64,000 nt of DNA. It comes from Candidatus Latescibacterota bacterium. Its GTDB lineage: Bacteria > Latescibacterota > UBA2968 > UBA8231. Each line of letters begins with the position of its first letter. Positions within the stretch are counted from its first letter, which is position 1. Shown here one piece after another: positions 50,580-60,355 of this stretch. The notes beneath the pieces were generated by a model. The model had not been told where the DNA came from and made no database searches. It saw only the letters and a list, made by a program, of their open reading frames with translations. Made by a program: the position numbers and the translations under genes. The DNA lies in assembly GCA_965197905.1 (NCBI GenBank), contig CBDAOB010000004.1:1024001-1088000 (forward strand), written 5' to 3'.

Positions 50580-52547
50580 TCAAAAAGGGAACTGGGCAAC
50601 CGACCTGGTTATGAGAACGATCGCAACGGCAGCCATACCTGTTATTCCATTGCCGCAGGCGAAACCGGCCAAAAGAACAGGGGCATACTGGCGCCACTTG
50701 ATATCGCCGAAGCGGCGGGCGAAATAATAGCGGCCCAGGCAGGCCCCCAGCATCTCGGGAATCAGCAAATGCGGCAGACTCTGCAGGCCGCGAACGAAAC
50801 CGTAGACCAGCGAGACCGGCAACCCCCAACCCGCCAGCAGCCACAGACCGGCCAGGGCCCCACCAAGCCCTCCCAGCACCCACGGAAGTTTCACCACCTC
50901 GATGAACTCCAGGTTGCCGCCGGTAGTAAAGGAAAACCACATGAACTGACGCAGCGCCAGCAAATGCCAGTACTTCTGCGCGTATGGAAAAGCCATGGAC
51001 GGTATGGGTCCCATACGCCAAATCAGCGACCAGAACAGCAAGCCGCACCCCAGCGCGAGCGGCAGAATGAACAGCTCCGCTTTGGCAATGCTGGTGAATC
51101 TGGTTCCGGTAAGCTCGACTTCGCGGAACAGTTGCGCCCGGCGACCATGGTCGTCGTACGGAATGGGAGCGAACCAGATGTCGACCCCGCGATAACCGCT
51201 CAACAGAAAGGCCCCTTCGCGAACTAGAGGAATGCCGACGGTCTGTCCCGTGAGCCCCGACATGCGAGCGTTGGCATAGGAGAGCAGTGGAGTGACGACA
51301 AAGGCGAACCCCAGCAGAAAGACGAGGGGGAAGTGGTCGTCCTGCAACAGCCACAGGCACAGGGCTACGTAAGCCGTGGCGGGCCCGACGTAGAGCAAAA
51401 CCGCGAGCCACATGGGGAAATCGCCGCGCCCCGACGGGGTCTTCAACGCTTTGAGCCCACCCCCGCGGTACTCGTTCAACGCCCGAACCGCGTAGATGAG
51501 TCCGGTAATACCCACCGCAGCGCCGGTGCCGATGTAGACACTCATCCAGACATCCAGATCGTTGCTGAAGTGAGTGAGCACCGTGTCCATCCCGGGCCGC
51601 CACCGCGGCAGATGACCCAGATGGAAGAGCAAAGGATTCGCCAGCATCTGCACCAGGGAGGCCGCGAACCCGCCCACGACCACCCAGAAGGGCAGCACGA
51701 ATCCCACTAGGACCAAACCGAGATCAGTGGAGATGCCGATCGGGGTGGCCGGCAGCAGATGCTCCAGTTCCCGGGTCAGATCTATCCACGGAATGGGCAG
51801 AAGAACGATGGGCCGGCTGGCGATCAGACTGGTAAGCGCAGGCAACGCGATGAACAAGGCGCCAAACAACAGGCCGATCCCCATGCCTACGGAGAAGACA
51901 TGCCAACGCCAGCTTTCGCGCCCGGAACCGCTCTCCGCCAAGGCCATGGCCCCTTGTGCGGCGACCGGAGCTAGGGGAAAGGGTAGCTTCTCCACATCGG
52001 AGGTGAGTCGGAACAGTAGATAACCGAGCCCGAACCATTCGGCCCGCGCCAATACCTGCCCCAGTACCAGTAGTGCGATAGGTACCACCCAGTCGGAGTG
52101 GAAAAACGTTCGGCCCGCCAGCGCCGCGGAATCCGCTGCCGGCACCACCCAGCTCGGGATCTGCTCGGCGATCCCGAGGGCCTGACCCACCTGGGACTGC
52201 ACCAAATACTGGTACCAGATCAACCCTCCCAGGGGTCCTCCGGCGAGCATGACGCCACCCAGGACGTGAGTCAATCCGCCGGCGATGTAGTAGATCAGGT
52301 AGATCTCCTGTCGCCGTAACGGGGTGAACGCGCGCCTGGCCATCTCCGCGAACAGGATGACCGTGACCCATTCCGCCGCCGCCCCCATGCTGGTCCCGGC
52401 GATGAGCCCCATGTAAATGGCACCGGGCATCATCAGGAAGCCGATGAATAGCGCCCCGAGAGCGGCGCGCCACGTCATGCCCTCCTCGAATTCGGGAGGA
52501 GGCTGCATGAGTTCCCGGTAAGCTTCGAAATCCTGGGAACGTTTCAA
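50580..52547 (-). CDS. OPT-like multi-pass 'peptide transporter'
   Basis: FEEGMTWRAALGALFIG, TSDVEKLPFPLAPV, YAPVLLAGFACG.G; TTG start overlaps the upstream TGA (TTGA). Confidence 0.75.
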   Translation of the reverse strand: MKRSQDFEAYRELMQPPPEFEEGMTWRAALGALFIGFLMMPGAIYMGLIAGTSMGAAAEWVTVILFAEMARRAFTPLRRQEIYLIYYIAGGLTHVLGGVMLAGGPLGGLIWYQYLVQSQVGQALGIAEQIPSWVVPAADSAALAGRTFFHSDWVVPIALLVLGQVLARAEWFGLGYLLFRLTSDVEKLPFPLAPVAAQGAMALAESGSGRESWRWHVFSVGMGIGLLFGALFIALPALTSLIASRPIVLLPIPWIDLTRELEHLLPATPIGISTDLGLVLVGFVLPFWVVVGGFAASLVQMLANPLLFHLGHLPRWRPGMDTVLTHFSNDLDVWMSVYIGTGAAVGITGLIYAVRALNEYRGGGLKALKTPSGRGDFPMWLAVLLYVGPATAYVALCLWLLQDDHFPLVFLLGFAFVVTPLLSYANARMSGLTGQTVGIPLVREGAFLLSGYRGVDIWFAPIPYDDHGRRAQLFREVELTGTRFTSIAKAELFILPLALGCGLLFWSLIWRMGPIPSMAFPYAQKYWHLLALRQFMWFSFTTGGNLEFIEVVKLPWVLGGLGGALAGLWLLAGWGLPVSLVYGFVRGLQSLPHLLIPEMLGACLGRYYFARRFGDIKWRQYAPVLLAGFACGNGITGMAAVAIVLITRSVAQFPF

Positions 52548-55500
52548 GCCAGCCTGCCCATTTGCAGATACGGCGAGCGGGTGGCGGGCGTCAGAGATCG
52601 CCACACCAGAAACTGTTTTCGCAACTGATTCAGCAGCAGCTTGTTGGACCGCAACCAGGCAGATCGATCGCCCGAGCGGCGCACCATGACCGCCTCTATG
52701 GCGAAGAACCGCGCCCCCACTTCGGCCACCGGATGCAACTCGAACTCCTGAGACAGTCCCTGGTCGAAGGGGGCCAGCCACAGGCGCGCCCTCAGGAGGG
52801 GCACTGGATGGCTGGAGGGTTCTGCGACGGTGCGATTGGGCGCCACATCACTGGATTCGAGCTCGGTTTCTTCGGCATAGAAGAGGGCACCGATCGACTG
52901 TTCCGTATGCCCTTCTAGAAATTCCGAGATGAAAACGACGAGACCCGCAGCCTCGTTGCGGGAGAGCGCGAACGGCATGGGCACAGACAGGGTATCTCCG
53001 TCCGCAGGGGGCAGGCGCCACGAGCGCTCGATGCCCGGCACGCATATGCGGGCAGCTTCGCGGGCCGGATAGAGGGTCGACAGCAGCACCACCACCGCCA
53101 CGGCGGCCGTGGTCGCCACGGCAGACAGTGAGGAGTAATTGACGGTGAGGCCGGGAAACATGCCGAAGAGCAAACCGAGCTTCGCTACGGACTGTCCCAG
53201 GAGGTAACCCAGGGCACTGCTGATTACGGCGTAAACGACAGCTTCGGCGAGGAAGAGTCCCCCCACGTGCATCGGCGCGAGCCCAATGGCATTCAAGGTG
53301 CCGATATCGCCGACCCGTTCGTGCACCGAGCCCAGCATGGTGTTGAAGACGATAAGTGCCGCGACCAGAATTGGTACCCAGATACCCGGCCGACCGGTAA
53401 ACGCCTGCACGCCGGCGGTGTTTATGAGGTACCTCGAACCTCCGTTGACGGCGAACAGATTCAAGCTGATTTCCTGCGCTAGGTCGTGGGCTGCCCGGTT
53501 CCCTTTCCGCGTCGAAACAGCCACCGATGTCATGCGCGATTTCTCCCCCCACCGCCGCACCACCTCGAAGGGTAGAATCAGCACCCCCGCGCTTTCCAGG
53601 TGCGCAAACGCCGATTGAATCTCCGACGACCCGCGCCCGATCATCCTCTCGGCAGGCTGGTGGGTTTCCTGATCCAGGGGGGTGAGCGGTCCCCCGCTGA
53701 CATCCCGCAGTTGATCAAAAGTCCGGGGATCGAAGAAGCCGATCACGCTAAATTCCGTGCCCAAAAAGCGAATCGATTCCTTGCCTACCGTCCTTGTGGT
53801 CAGGCCGAGCTTGTCCGCCATCCCGGTGCTGACGAGACACACATCCTCCTCGTCCTCAGAGAACCAGCGGCCGGCGACCAAGGTTTTGTCGACTGCTGTG
53901 ATCAATGGTTCATTAGGCATCAACCCGAGTGTCCCATTCACACGCGCCCAACGGGCACCGTATTCGGCAGTTGCCGGCGCCACGTACCAGGCGCGCGCCG
54001 CCGTGGACGCCCGACCGAAACGCGACCGCAATATCTCTAAGACCCTGTGTTCCAGCGCCTCCCATCCCGGGTTCCTGACCAAGAGAGCATCGCCGTGCTC
54101 CGCCGGTCCGATCGGGGTTTCGTTGTAACGCACCGCCTCGCGTATGGAGGTGAACGAAAGCATCGAAAAAGTCAGCAACACGAGTGTGAGCGACGTCAAC
54201 GCGGTGCGCAACGGGCGGCGGCGTAGCTGACCTATGCCCATAAGGAGCGCGCGGAATAGCAAGCCCGTGCGGTCGGTGTCGTCGCGATGGGCAGCCCGGC
54301 GGGCGACGGAAGATCGCAGCTGCGCGTTCAGTCGAGAGATTCCCATAACGGCCACCAACAGACTCAAGGCGAGGATGAGAAACCCCAATAGAATCACCAA
54401 CGGAAAGATGCTCAGCTGAAAGGCCGGATGTAGGTACCGAAGCAGAAAGAAGGCGATCAAGAAGATCCCCAGCGCCCCGAGCACCTGCTGGCGAAGTTGG
54501 GCGCTTTCGAGCAAGAGACGCTCGCCGAAATAGGCAACCGGCAGCAGCAGGAACAGGAAAAACAGGACCCCTTGGACGACGTCCAACGTCAACCCCTGTA
54601 CCCCGTTGTAGGTCCGTGAGGCATGGGTTCGGGCTTTGTTGGTCAAATCTGAATAGCGGTCGTAGCGCCTCGCCGTCAACGCCCCTCTCGCGCGCGTCAG
54701 AAGAGACTCGGTAGCGGTGTGCGCACGCTCCAGAAGCGGGCTATTGATACCATGCCGGCGCAGATTCCATAGCCGTGCCGCGTTCAGCTCGTAGGTGTCG
54801 GTCGCGATCTGCAAACCGGTCCGATGGAGACGCGGATTCTGCGCCGCAGCGAAACCGGAACCGGTCGGCTGCTTCCAACTGCCGTTGAGCAGGAGCAGCG
54901 CTCGACCTATGCGGAACCGGCCGCCGGTCATGGTAAATTTAGCGGCGACTCCCGGTGGCAAAAACGCAACTGCCACTTGCTCCACGCCACTTCCGGCGCT
55001 GTTGAAGTATCCTCGCGTTTCGATTTCGTCTGGGGATGCCGTGGTCGAGAAGCCGAAGTTGGCCGGTCGTGAATCTGAACGGGCGTCTAAGATTTCCAGG
55101 TGTTCCAGCGTCTTCATGCTCAACGGATCGAAGGTGTCGAAAAGGGTGATCGGTTGACACCAGAACCCGACCAGGGTGAGCTCCTTCTCCAGCAGGTCCA
55201 TCCGGATCTCGTTGGGGTACTGCTGGACTCCAAGCGGGCCGTGATCCAGAGCGAAGTTCAATTCACCTGTACGGTCGTCAGTGCGAAACATCTCCAGTTG
55301 AATCGGCTTGAGGTACAGGGTGCGGGCTTCGACGCCTGCGAACGAGAAGCGGCCTTCTCCATCGCTCAGCGCGAGCGGATCCATACGCACTCCCATAATG
55401 ACATGATGGCGGGTGCGGACCCGAACGAGGGCACCCTCTATAGGCAGGTTTGGGCCATACGCCTCTGCCCCCCACGTGAGCGCTCGCCCTTGGACGGTGC

Positions 55501-56995
55501 CGAAGGAATCTTTGCGTGGATCGATCTGGGTTCCGGCGGTTGGATCGCCCAACAGTTGAATCAGCAGTGAACCAAGGAACTCCGTCTGCTCTTCGAGCTG
55601 CTCCAGATCGACCAAGTGCGGGAGATCCAACGGCGAGTCGAAAGCATTCCTCATGTCGCCGGCTGTGACAAAGGTCAGGCCCAGATACCCGGCGAGGTTT
55701 ACCACCGCGCCCTGCACCGGAATCTGCTCTGGTACGGCTCCAAGCAGCCCCCGCTCACGGTGCGGTTTTAGTTCGCCGCCCAGGATCAGCCTCCCCTGGC
55801 GCCGTTCGCGTTCGTAACGATCGGCGAACCTCTCGATAGCGTCGTAGATGGGAGGCCGAATCTTGCGCACCCTGTAGGGCGATCCTGCTTGCATCAGCCC
55901 GATCCTGCTGCCATGGCTGCTGAGATCGATGCCCACGTAATAGGCCAGTTCGAGGTCGTCGAACCCATCGCCCAGGGCGGACAACCCCTCGCGACGCACG
56001 GCACCGATCAGGTCGCGCATGCCTGCAAGGCTTTGAAAATGTCCCGGCGTTGCGGCGAGAATGACGGTTCGCGGCAGACGCTCGCCCTGCAGAACCCTGG
56101 CGATCTCGAGCCACGCGGCCACCCCGGAGGCCTGCTCGGCACCCGGAGAAATCGCGGGAATCGGAGAAATTGCATCGTAATAACACCCCACCATAACCGC
56201 CTCGCCGCGAAGCTGTGGATCAGTGCCTGGAAGCAGGGCGACTACCGTTGTCGCCGGAGCCTCCTGCCAGGTCATCTTCCCTTTCAGTCGAACCCCGGCA
56301 GCACCTTGTTTGGCGAGGTCGCGCAACCGGATGGCCTCTCTTCCCCTTGCATAAAATCGGGGCAGATCCGCTGGCGTGGTCAGAAACTTAAGCGCCCCCT
56401 CCTTGCGGTGAGTACGGGATGGTTCCAGGAAAATGACCGCCCGGGCGCCGAGGTCGAAAGCCGAAATCCAATCTGACCCGCAGTTGTATTCGAGCACAAG
56501 AATTGCGTCGCCGAGGGCCAGGCCATCCAGCTCTCCTTGACGCGCATTGCCGCCGTAAAGCAAGGGAGCTTGGATGCCGGAGGGAGGCAGGGTCGAGGTT
56601 CGGGCAAGGTTTGGCCAGACGTGATGGAGTTGAATGCGGTTGGCCGAGCGCTGGCGGTCCGCGGGGGAATCGTGTTTGTCCGCAGGAGATTCCAGCTCGA
56701 GATAAGCGCCGTGATCCATAGGTACCGGGACCACGAAGCTGCGGCGACGGACGTCGACTATTCCAGCGGCTGCCAACTGGTTTTCCAGGTACTCTGCAGC
56801 CCGCACAGCGCCGGGATATCCGGTGGTTCTAGAGCCATTTGCGGAGAGGAACTGAATGTGATCGCCAAGCGACGCACCCCAGGCCGGCGGAGCGAAGGCA
56901 GCGGCCGTGAGCCCCGCAACAGCTGCCAGAAGAAGCACCAGCTCTTGACAGTTTAGCCTGCCAAAGGCGAAGTTTTTATTCGACTTACAGTTCAT
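52544..56995 (-). CDS. Fusion of a PA/M28-peptidase-like domain with a TM bundle, MacB periplasmic domain and FtsX permease
   Basis: Signal peptide; SRTTGYPG..AA.YL, PG.D..L.GEAV.V..YYD, ASGVAA.LE.AR; LRRRPLRTALT; NTMLGSVHER..DIG.L.AIGL.P......FLAEA FtsX motif. Confidence 0.85.
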   Translation of the reverse strand: MNCKSNKNFAFGRLNCQELVLLLAAVAGLTAAAFAPPAWGASLGDHIQFLSANGSRTTGYPGAVRAAEYLENQLAAAGIVDVRRRSFVVPVPMDHGAYLELESPADKHDSPADRQRSANRIQLHHVWPNLARTSTLPPSGIQAPLLYGGNARQGELDGLALGDAILVLEYNCGSDWISAFDLGARAVIFLEPSRTHRKEGALKFLTTPADLPRFYARGREAIRLRDLAKQGAAGVRLKGKMTWQEAPATTVVALLPGTDPQLRGEAVMVGCYYDAISPIPAISPGAEQASGVAAWLEIARVLQGERLPRTVILAATPGHFQSLAGMRDLIGAVRREGLSALGDGFDDLELAYYVGIDLSSHGSRIGLMQAGSPYRVRKIRPPIYDAIERFADRYERERRQGRLILGGELKPHRERGLLGAVPEQIPVQGAVVNLAGYLGLTFVTAGDMRNAFDSPLDLPHLVDLEQLEEQTEFLGSLLIQLLGDPTAGTQIDPRKDSFGTVQGRALTWGAEAYGPNLPIEGALVRVRTRHHVIMGVRMDPLALSDGEGRFSFAGVEARTLYLKPIQLEMFRTDDRTGELNFALDHGPLGVQQYPNEIRMDLLEKELTLVGFWCQPITLFDTFDPLSMKTLEHLEILDARSDSRPANFGFSTTASPDEIETRGYFNSAGSGVEQVAVAFLPPGVAAKFTMTGGRFRIGRALLLLNGSWKQPTGSGFAAAQNPRLHRTGLQIATDTYELNAARLWNLRRHGINSPLLERAHTATESLLTRARGALTARRYDRYSDLTNKARTHASRTYNGVQGLTLDVVQGVLFFLFLLLPVAYFGERLLLESAQLRQQVLGALGIFLIAFFLLRYLHPAFQLSIFPLVILLGFLILALSLLVAVMGISRLNAQLRSSVARRAAHRDDTDRTGLLFRALLMGIGQLRRRPLRTALTSLTLVLLTFSMLSFTSIREAVRYNETPIGPAEHGDALLVRNPGWEALEHRVLEILRSRFGRASTAARAWYVAPATAEYGARWARVNGTLGLMPNEPLITAVDKTLVAGRWFSEDEEDVCLVSTGMADKLGLTTRTVGKESIRFLGTEFSVIGFFDPRTFDQLRDVSGGPLTPLDQETHQPAERMIGRGSSEIQSAFAHLESAGVLILPFEVVRRWGEKSRMTSVAVSTRKGNRAAHDLAQEISLNLFAVNGGSRYLINTAGVQAFTGRPGIWVPILVAALIVFNTMLGSVHERVGDIGTLNAIGLAPMHVGGLFLAEAVVYAVISSALGYLLGQSVAKLGLLFGMFPGLTVNYSSLSAVATTAAVAVVVLLSTLYPAREAARICVPGIERSWRLPPADGDTLSVPMPFALSRNEAAGLVVFISEFLEGHTEQSIGALFYAEETELESSDVAPNRTVAEPSSHPVPLLRARLWLAPFDQGLSQEFELHPVAEVGARFFAIEAVMVRRSGDRSAWLRSNKLLLNQLRKQFLVWRSLTPATRSPYLQMGRLA

Positions 56996-57045
56996 GCGAA
57001 GAGACCACAGGCTTTTGGTGTCCTAGACAGTGTAGCAGTACCCTA

Positions 57046-57633
57046 ATGAAGCTTCTCAGTTCGGGAGAAAACCAGCGCATCCGGCGCATCGTCGACGGCG
57101 ACGAGCGGGCTTTCCAGTCGCTTATCCGCGATTACTACCCGCTGGCCTATAACCTGGCGTGCAAAATGCTGAGCAACCGTCAGGATGCCGAGGAAGTCGT
57201 CCAGGATGCGTTTGTCAAGATTCGCGAAGCCCTGGACAGCTTCCGGGGCGACGCGTCGCTGAAAACGTGGATCCTGCGCATCGTCATGCGGCTGAGCTTG
57301 AACCGGCGCCGCGATCGCTCCCGCAGTTCGTGGAACCGCATGGGTCTGCACAAAGTAGCAACAGTGGAGGAGGAAGAAGCGGCAGATTCGCCAAAGGTGC
57401 AGCAGAGCCCGGAGGCAGAGTTGATTTCGCGGGAGACAGGAGAACGCGTTCTGGCATTGATCGATGAGCTACCCGAGCCGTTGCGTCAGGCGCTTGTTCT
57501 CAACAGCATTGACGAGTTGTCGTACGAGGAAATCGGGCGCATTTTGCGAATCCCGCTCGGAACCGTCAGCTCGCGCATCTACGCAGCCCGAAGAAAGCTG
57601 GCTAAAAAACTGCAGGAACATGATCTACTCTAA
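57046..57633 (+). CDS. ECF sigma-70 factor
   Basis: GDERAFQSL, DAEEVVQDAFV, SLKTWI.RI, LSYEEI..IL.IPLGTV.SRI..AR. Confidence 0.93.
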   Translation: MKLLSSGENQRIRRIVDGDERAFQSLIRDYYPLAYNLACKMLSNRQDAEEVVQDAFVKIREALDSFRGDASLKTWILRIVMRLSLNRRRDRSRSSWNRMGLHKVATVEEEEAADSPKVQQSPEAELISRETGERVLALIDELPEPLRQALVLNSIDELSYEEIGRILRIPLGTVSSRIYAARRKLAKKLQEHDLL

Positions 57634-57714
57634 CGATTTTTGCGTTGGGTCGCGAGTTGAGCGGGGGCGATTTCTCACCCGACGAGCACCCGACAGCACC
57701 CTCGGAGGGAATCG

Positions 57715-58071
57715 ATGAAATTGCCGTGGCGAAGAGATGCGGACGGGCACAGGATCTCCGCTTATTTGGACGGCGAGTTAGACCAGGCGGAAGAGGTCGA
57801 TCTTGCGGATCGGTTGGTGTTCGACCAGAACTTGCGAGAGAGAATGGCTGAGGTGAGACAGGCGGACGCGCTGGCGGTCGCGGCCCTTGCCGTCGATCAT
57901 GTGCCCGACCCCACAACGATCGCCGAGAAGCTGATAGCGGATATCGACGCGACTCCGGTGGCACTTTCAGCGTCCGCCCGTAACCTCAAACCTGCCCTTT
58001 ACGCCTCGGTAGGGATTTTGATCACGGTGGGAATCACCTTCGTCGGCCTGCGGCGACGGGGATTGGTCTGA
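57715..58071 (+). CDS. Putative membrane anti-sigma factor
   Basis: ISAYLDGELD anti-sigma N-terminus without an HxxxCxxC motif, C-terminal TM; follows the ECF sigma gene. Confidence 0.75.
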   Translation: MKLPWRRDADGHRISAYLDGELDQAEEVDLADRLVFDQNLRERMAEVRQADALAVAALAVDHVPDPTTIAEKLIADIDATPVALSASARNLKPALYASVGILITVGITFVGLRRRGLV

Positions 58072-58084
58072 TCGGAGGTTTGGC

Positions 58085-58975
58085 ATGAGCTGGTTCGAAC
58101 GTATGAAGAGGGGATTCCAGACGCGGATCCGGCGCGATTTATCGGAGAGCATCTGGAGCAAATGTCCCGACTGCGGTCACGCCACCTACAACTACGCCCT
58201 GGAGCGCAGTTTTTGGATCTGTCCCGATTGTGGCCACCACATGCACATCGGCCACAAAGAGTACACCGAGATCCTGGTGGACGACGGCAGCTTCGCAGAA
58301 CTCGATGCAGAGATAACCGCCTCGGATCCCCTCAAATTCAAAGACGACAAGCGTTACGTAGATAAGCTGAAGGCGAGCAGAAAATCAAGTGAGCTGAACG
58401 AGGCGATATATACAGGTATTGCGCGCATCGGCGGGCACCCGGTCGCCCTGGGCGTAATGGACACCCGTTTTATCATGGGCAGCTTGGGCGGAGCAACCGG
58501 TGAAAAGATCGCCCGCTTGATCGACCGCGCCATCGCCGACCGTCGCAGCCTGATCCTGATCTGCCAATCCGGCGGCGCGCGAATGCAGGAAAGCGCGTAT
58601 TCGCTGATGCAGATGGCCAAGGTGAGCGCCAAACTGAACCAGCTTTCGCAAGCAGGGCTTCTCTACATCGCGCTGCTGACCGATCCCACGTATGGAGGAG
58701 TCAGCGCCAGCTTCGGCATGCTCGGCGACCTGATCATCGCCGAGCCCCGTGCGCGCGTCGGTTTTGCCGGCCAAGCGGTGATCAAACAGTTCCTGGCCAC
58801 CGACGAACTGCCCAGCGGATTCCAGATGGCGGAAACCGTGTTGGAGCACGGTTTCGTCGACTGCATCGTGTCGCGCGACGAGATGGCCGCCACCTTGACG
58901 CGGTTGATCGCCATGCTTGCCCCGGCTGCAGACCTCCGCGCCGAAGAGGATCTCGAGACGGCACTGGCGGTGTAA
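58085..58975 (+). CDS. accD: Acetyl-CoA carboxylase carboxyltransferase beta subunit
   Basis: WSKCPDC...CPDCGHH Zn finger, DPLKFKD, FIMGSLG, SGGARMQE, PTYGGVSASF. Confidence 0.97.
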   Translation: MSWFERMKRGFQTRIRRDLSESIWSKCPDCGHATYNYALERSFWICPDCGHHMHIGHKEYTEILVDDGSFAELDAEITASDPLKFKDDKRYVDKLKASRKSSELNEAIYTGIARIGGHPVALGVMDTRFIMGSLGGATGEKIARLIDRAIADRRSLILICQSGGARMQESAYSLMQMAKVSAKLNQLSQAGLLYIALLTDPTYGGVSASFGMLGDLIIAEPRARVGFAGQAVIKQFLATDELPSGFQMAETVLEHGFVDCIVSRDEMAATLTRLIAMLAPAADLRAEEDLETALAV

Positions 58976-59016
58976 CCAAGCGGCGCTCAAGAAAAAAGCC
59001 TGCCGTACTTTTTCGA

Positions 59017-60354
59017 TCAGAAGACGTTGCGGTACTTCAACCCGAAGTAACGCTGCTCTCTGGAGCTACCGAAGTCTATCCTCACGACGAATTCGGAGTT
59101 CCAGTAGAGCCGCAAGCCCGCTCCCGCGGTTGCGTGAAATCCCGACAGACCAAACCGGTCCAGATCGCGCCACACCCTTCCGGTGTCAAAAAACGATGCT
59201 ACGTGCCACTCGAGGTACTGTTTCAAGACCCGGTAGGTTGAGATGTGGTAGCGGAACTCGGTGTTCGTAAAGAAGCGGACATCGTCGGTAAATCTTTGCC
59301 GGTCAAACCCGCGGAGAGAATCGCTACCCCCCAGGCCCTTGATCCGTCGGCTACCCCCGATCTGACCATAGGCGTAGAGCGGCACAGAACCATCCAGGGC
59401 CTCGAACACGGTCCGGTGTGCCAGGTTGACCCGGCTAGTGAGCCGTCTGTAACGGGCATCGGTGAAGGTGTAGCGCCGAAAATCGATGTCCTCGAAGCTG
59501 GGGTGGAGCGCCAGGAGAGAATTTTTGGAGGTTTCATACGACCATTCGTGAAACGTGCCGGAGCGCGCGATCACCACATCATCCCTGCTATCCCATTGCA
59601 ACGTGAAACTCACGAATCCGGTCCACCCGTCTGTCACGTCGTCGGGGAACCCTTGGTCATCCAGGATGGATCGATCCCCGCGCGTGGCGACACTGGTGTT
59701 TTCCAACCCGAAACCGACCGACATGGAGACCGGACCTTCGATTTCGCGTAAGAGACTGAATATGAAACGCGGAGTTTCGAGGACGTAATAGTAATAGTTC
59801 TCGTCACGATATTCGGGATTGTCCTCGTCCTCGGTATACGCTTTCACGAATTTGCTATCGTTGCCCAGACCGTAATATCTCGTGCGAATATCCTTTCGGG
59901 TACCGGCAAGAAGCCGTACACCGAACCCAGTGCCTTTTATGCGCGGCACCTTTAGACGCACCGAGTAGCGGGCACCTCCCTCATCAGAGCGCAATGTGTT
60001 GAAGGTGAGCTTGTAGCGATACGGTCGGCGGCGATAATCCGACCACTGGACTCGGGCACCGTAATTCCATCCCGTGTTCGGACTGAAATAGACGATCGGA
60101 AGACCCGTGAAGCCATACGGGATGCCATTGAGCGAGAACTGCCGTCGTCGTCCCACCCAGCGCACCACTTCGACGGTCTGCTTGGTAGCGGTGTCATGGT
60201 TTCGTTGTAGCTGCTTTTCAGCCGCAGATGACGTGGCCGTCGACGTCGAGTCGTCGCTGGTTTCCTCGGAAAAAATCGTCGCCGGCCACAGCGCCACCAG
60301 CACCATGATCGAGACCGCACTGCATCGCAAACGATCGATTGGGGGCATAACCAT
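59017..60354 (-). CDS. BamA/TamA (Omp85)-family outer-membrane protein without POTRA domains
   Basis: Signal peptide; WDSRD, LGGSDSLRGF...RF, FFDTGRVW, AGAGLR, terminal Phe. Confidence 0.85.
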   Translation of the reverse strand: MVMPPIDRLRCSAVSIMVLVALWPATIFSEETSDDSTSTATSSAAEKQLQRNHDTATKQTVEVVRWVGRRRQFSLNGIPYGFTGLPIVYFSPNTGWNYGARVQWSDYRRRPYRYKLTFNTLRSDEGGARYSVRLKVPRIKGTGFGVRLLAGTRKDIRTRYYGLGNDSKFVKAYTEDEDNPEYRDENYYYYVLETPRFIFSLLREIEGPVSMSVGFGLENTSVATRGDRSILDDQGFPDDVTDGWTGFVSFTLQWDSRDDVVIARSGTFHEWSYETSKNSLLALHPSFEDIDFRRYTFTDARYRRLTSRVNLAHRTVFEALDGSVPLYAYGQIGGSRRIKGLGGSDSLRGFDRQRFTDDVRFFTNTEFRYHISTYRVLKQYLEWHVASFFDTGRVWRDLDRFGLSGFHATAGAGLRLYWNSEFVVRIDFGSSREQRYFGLKYRNVF

Positions 60355-60355
60355 T

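Noticed and set aside
52548..52781. N-terminal extension of the OPT-like ORF to 52781
   Set aside because: It overlaps the upstream gene by more than 200 nt; the coupled TTG at 52547 is the more plausible start.
56650..56695. CCGCGGGGGAATC/GTGTTT sequence reminiscent of a type I-E CRISPR repeat
   Set aside because: Only a 21-nt imperfect in-frame duplication (SPAD-KHD-SPAD) inside a CDS; no array and no cas genes.
57673..57704. Short CACCCGAC direct repeats between the sigma and anti-sigma genes
   Set aside because: Two to three 8-mers in GC-rich DNA; not distinguishable from chance.
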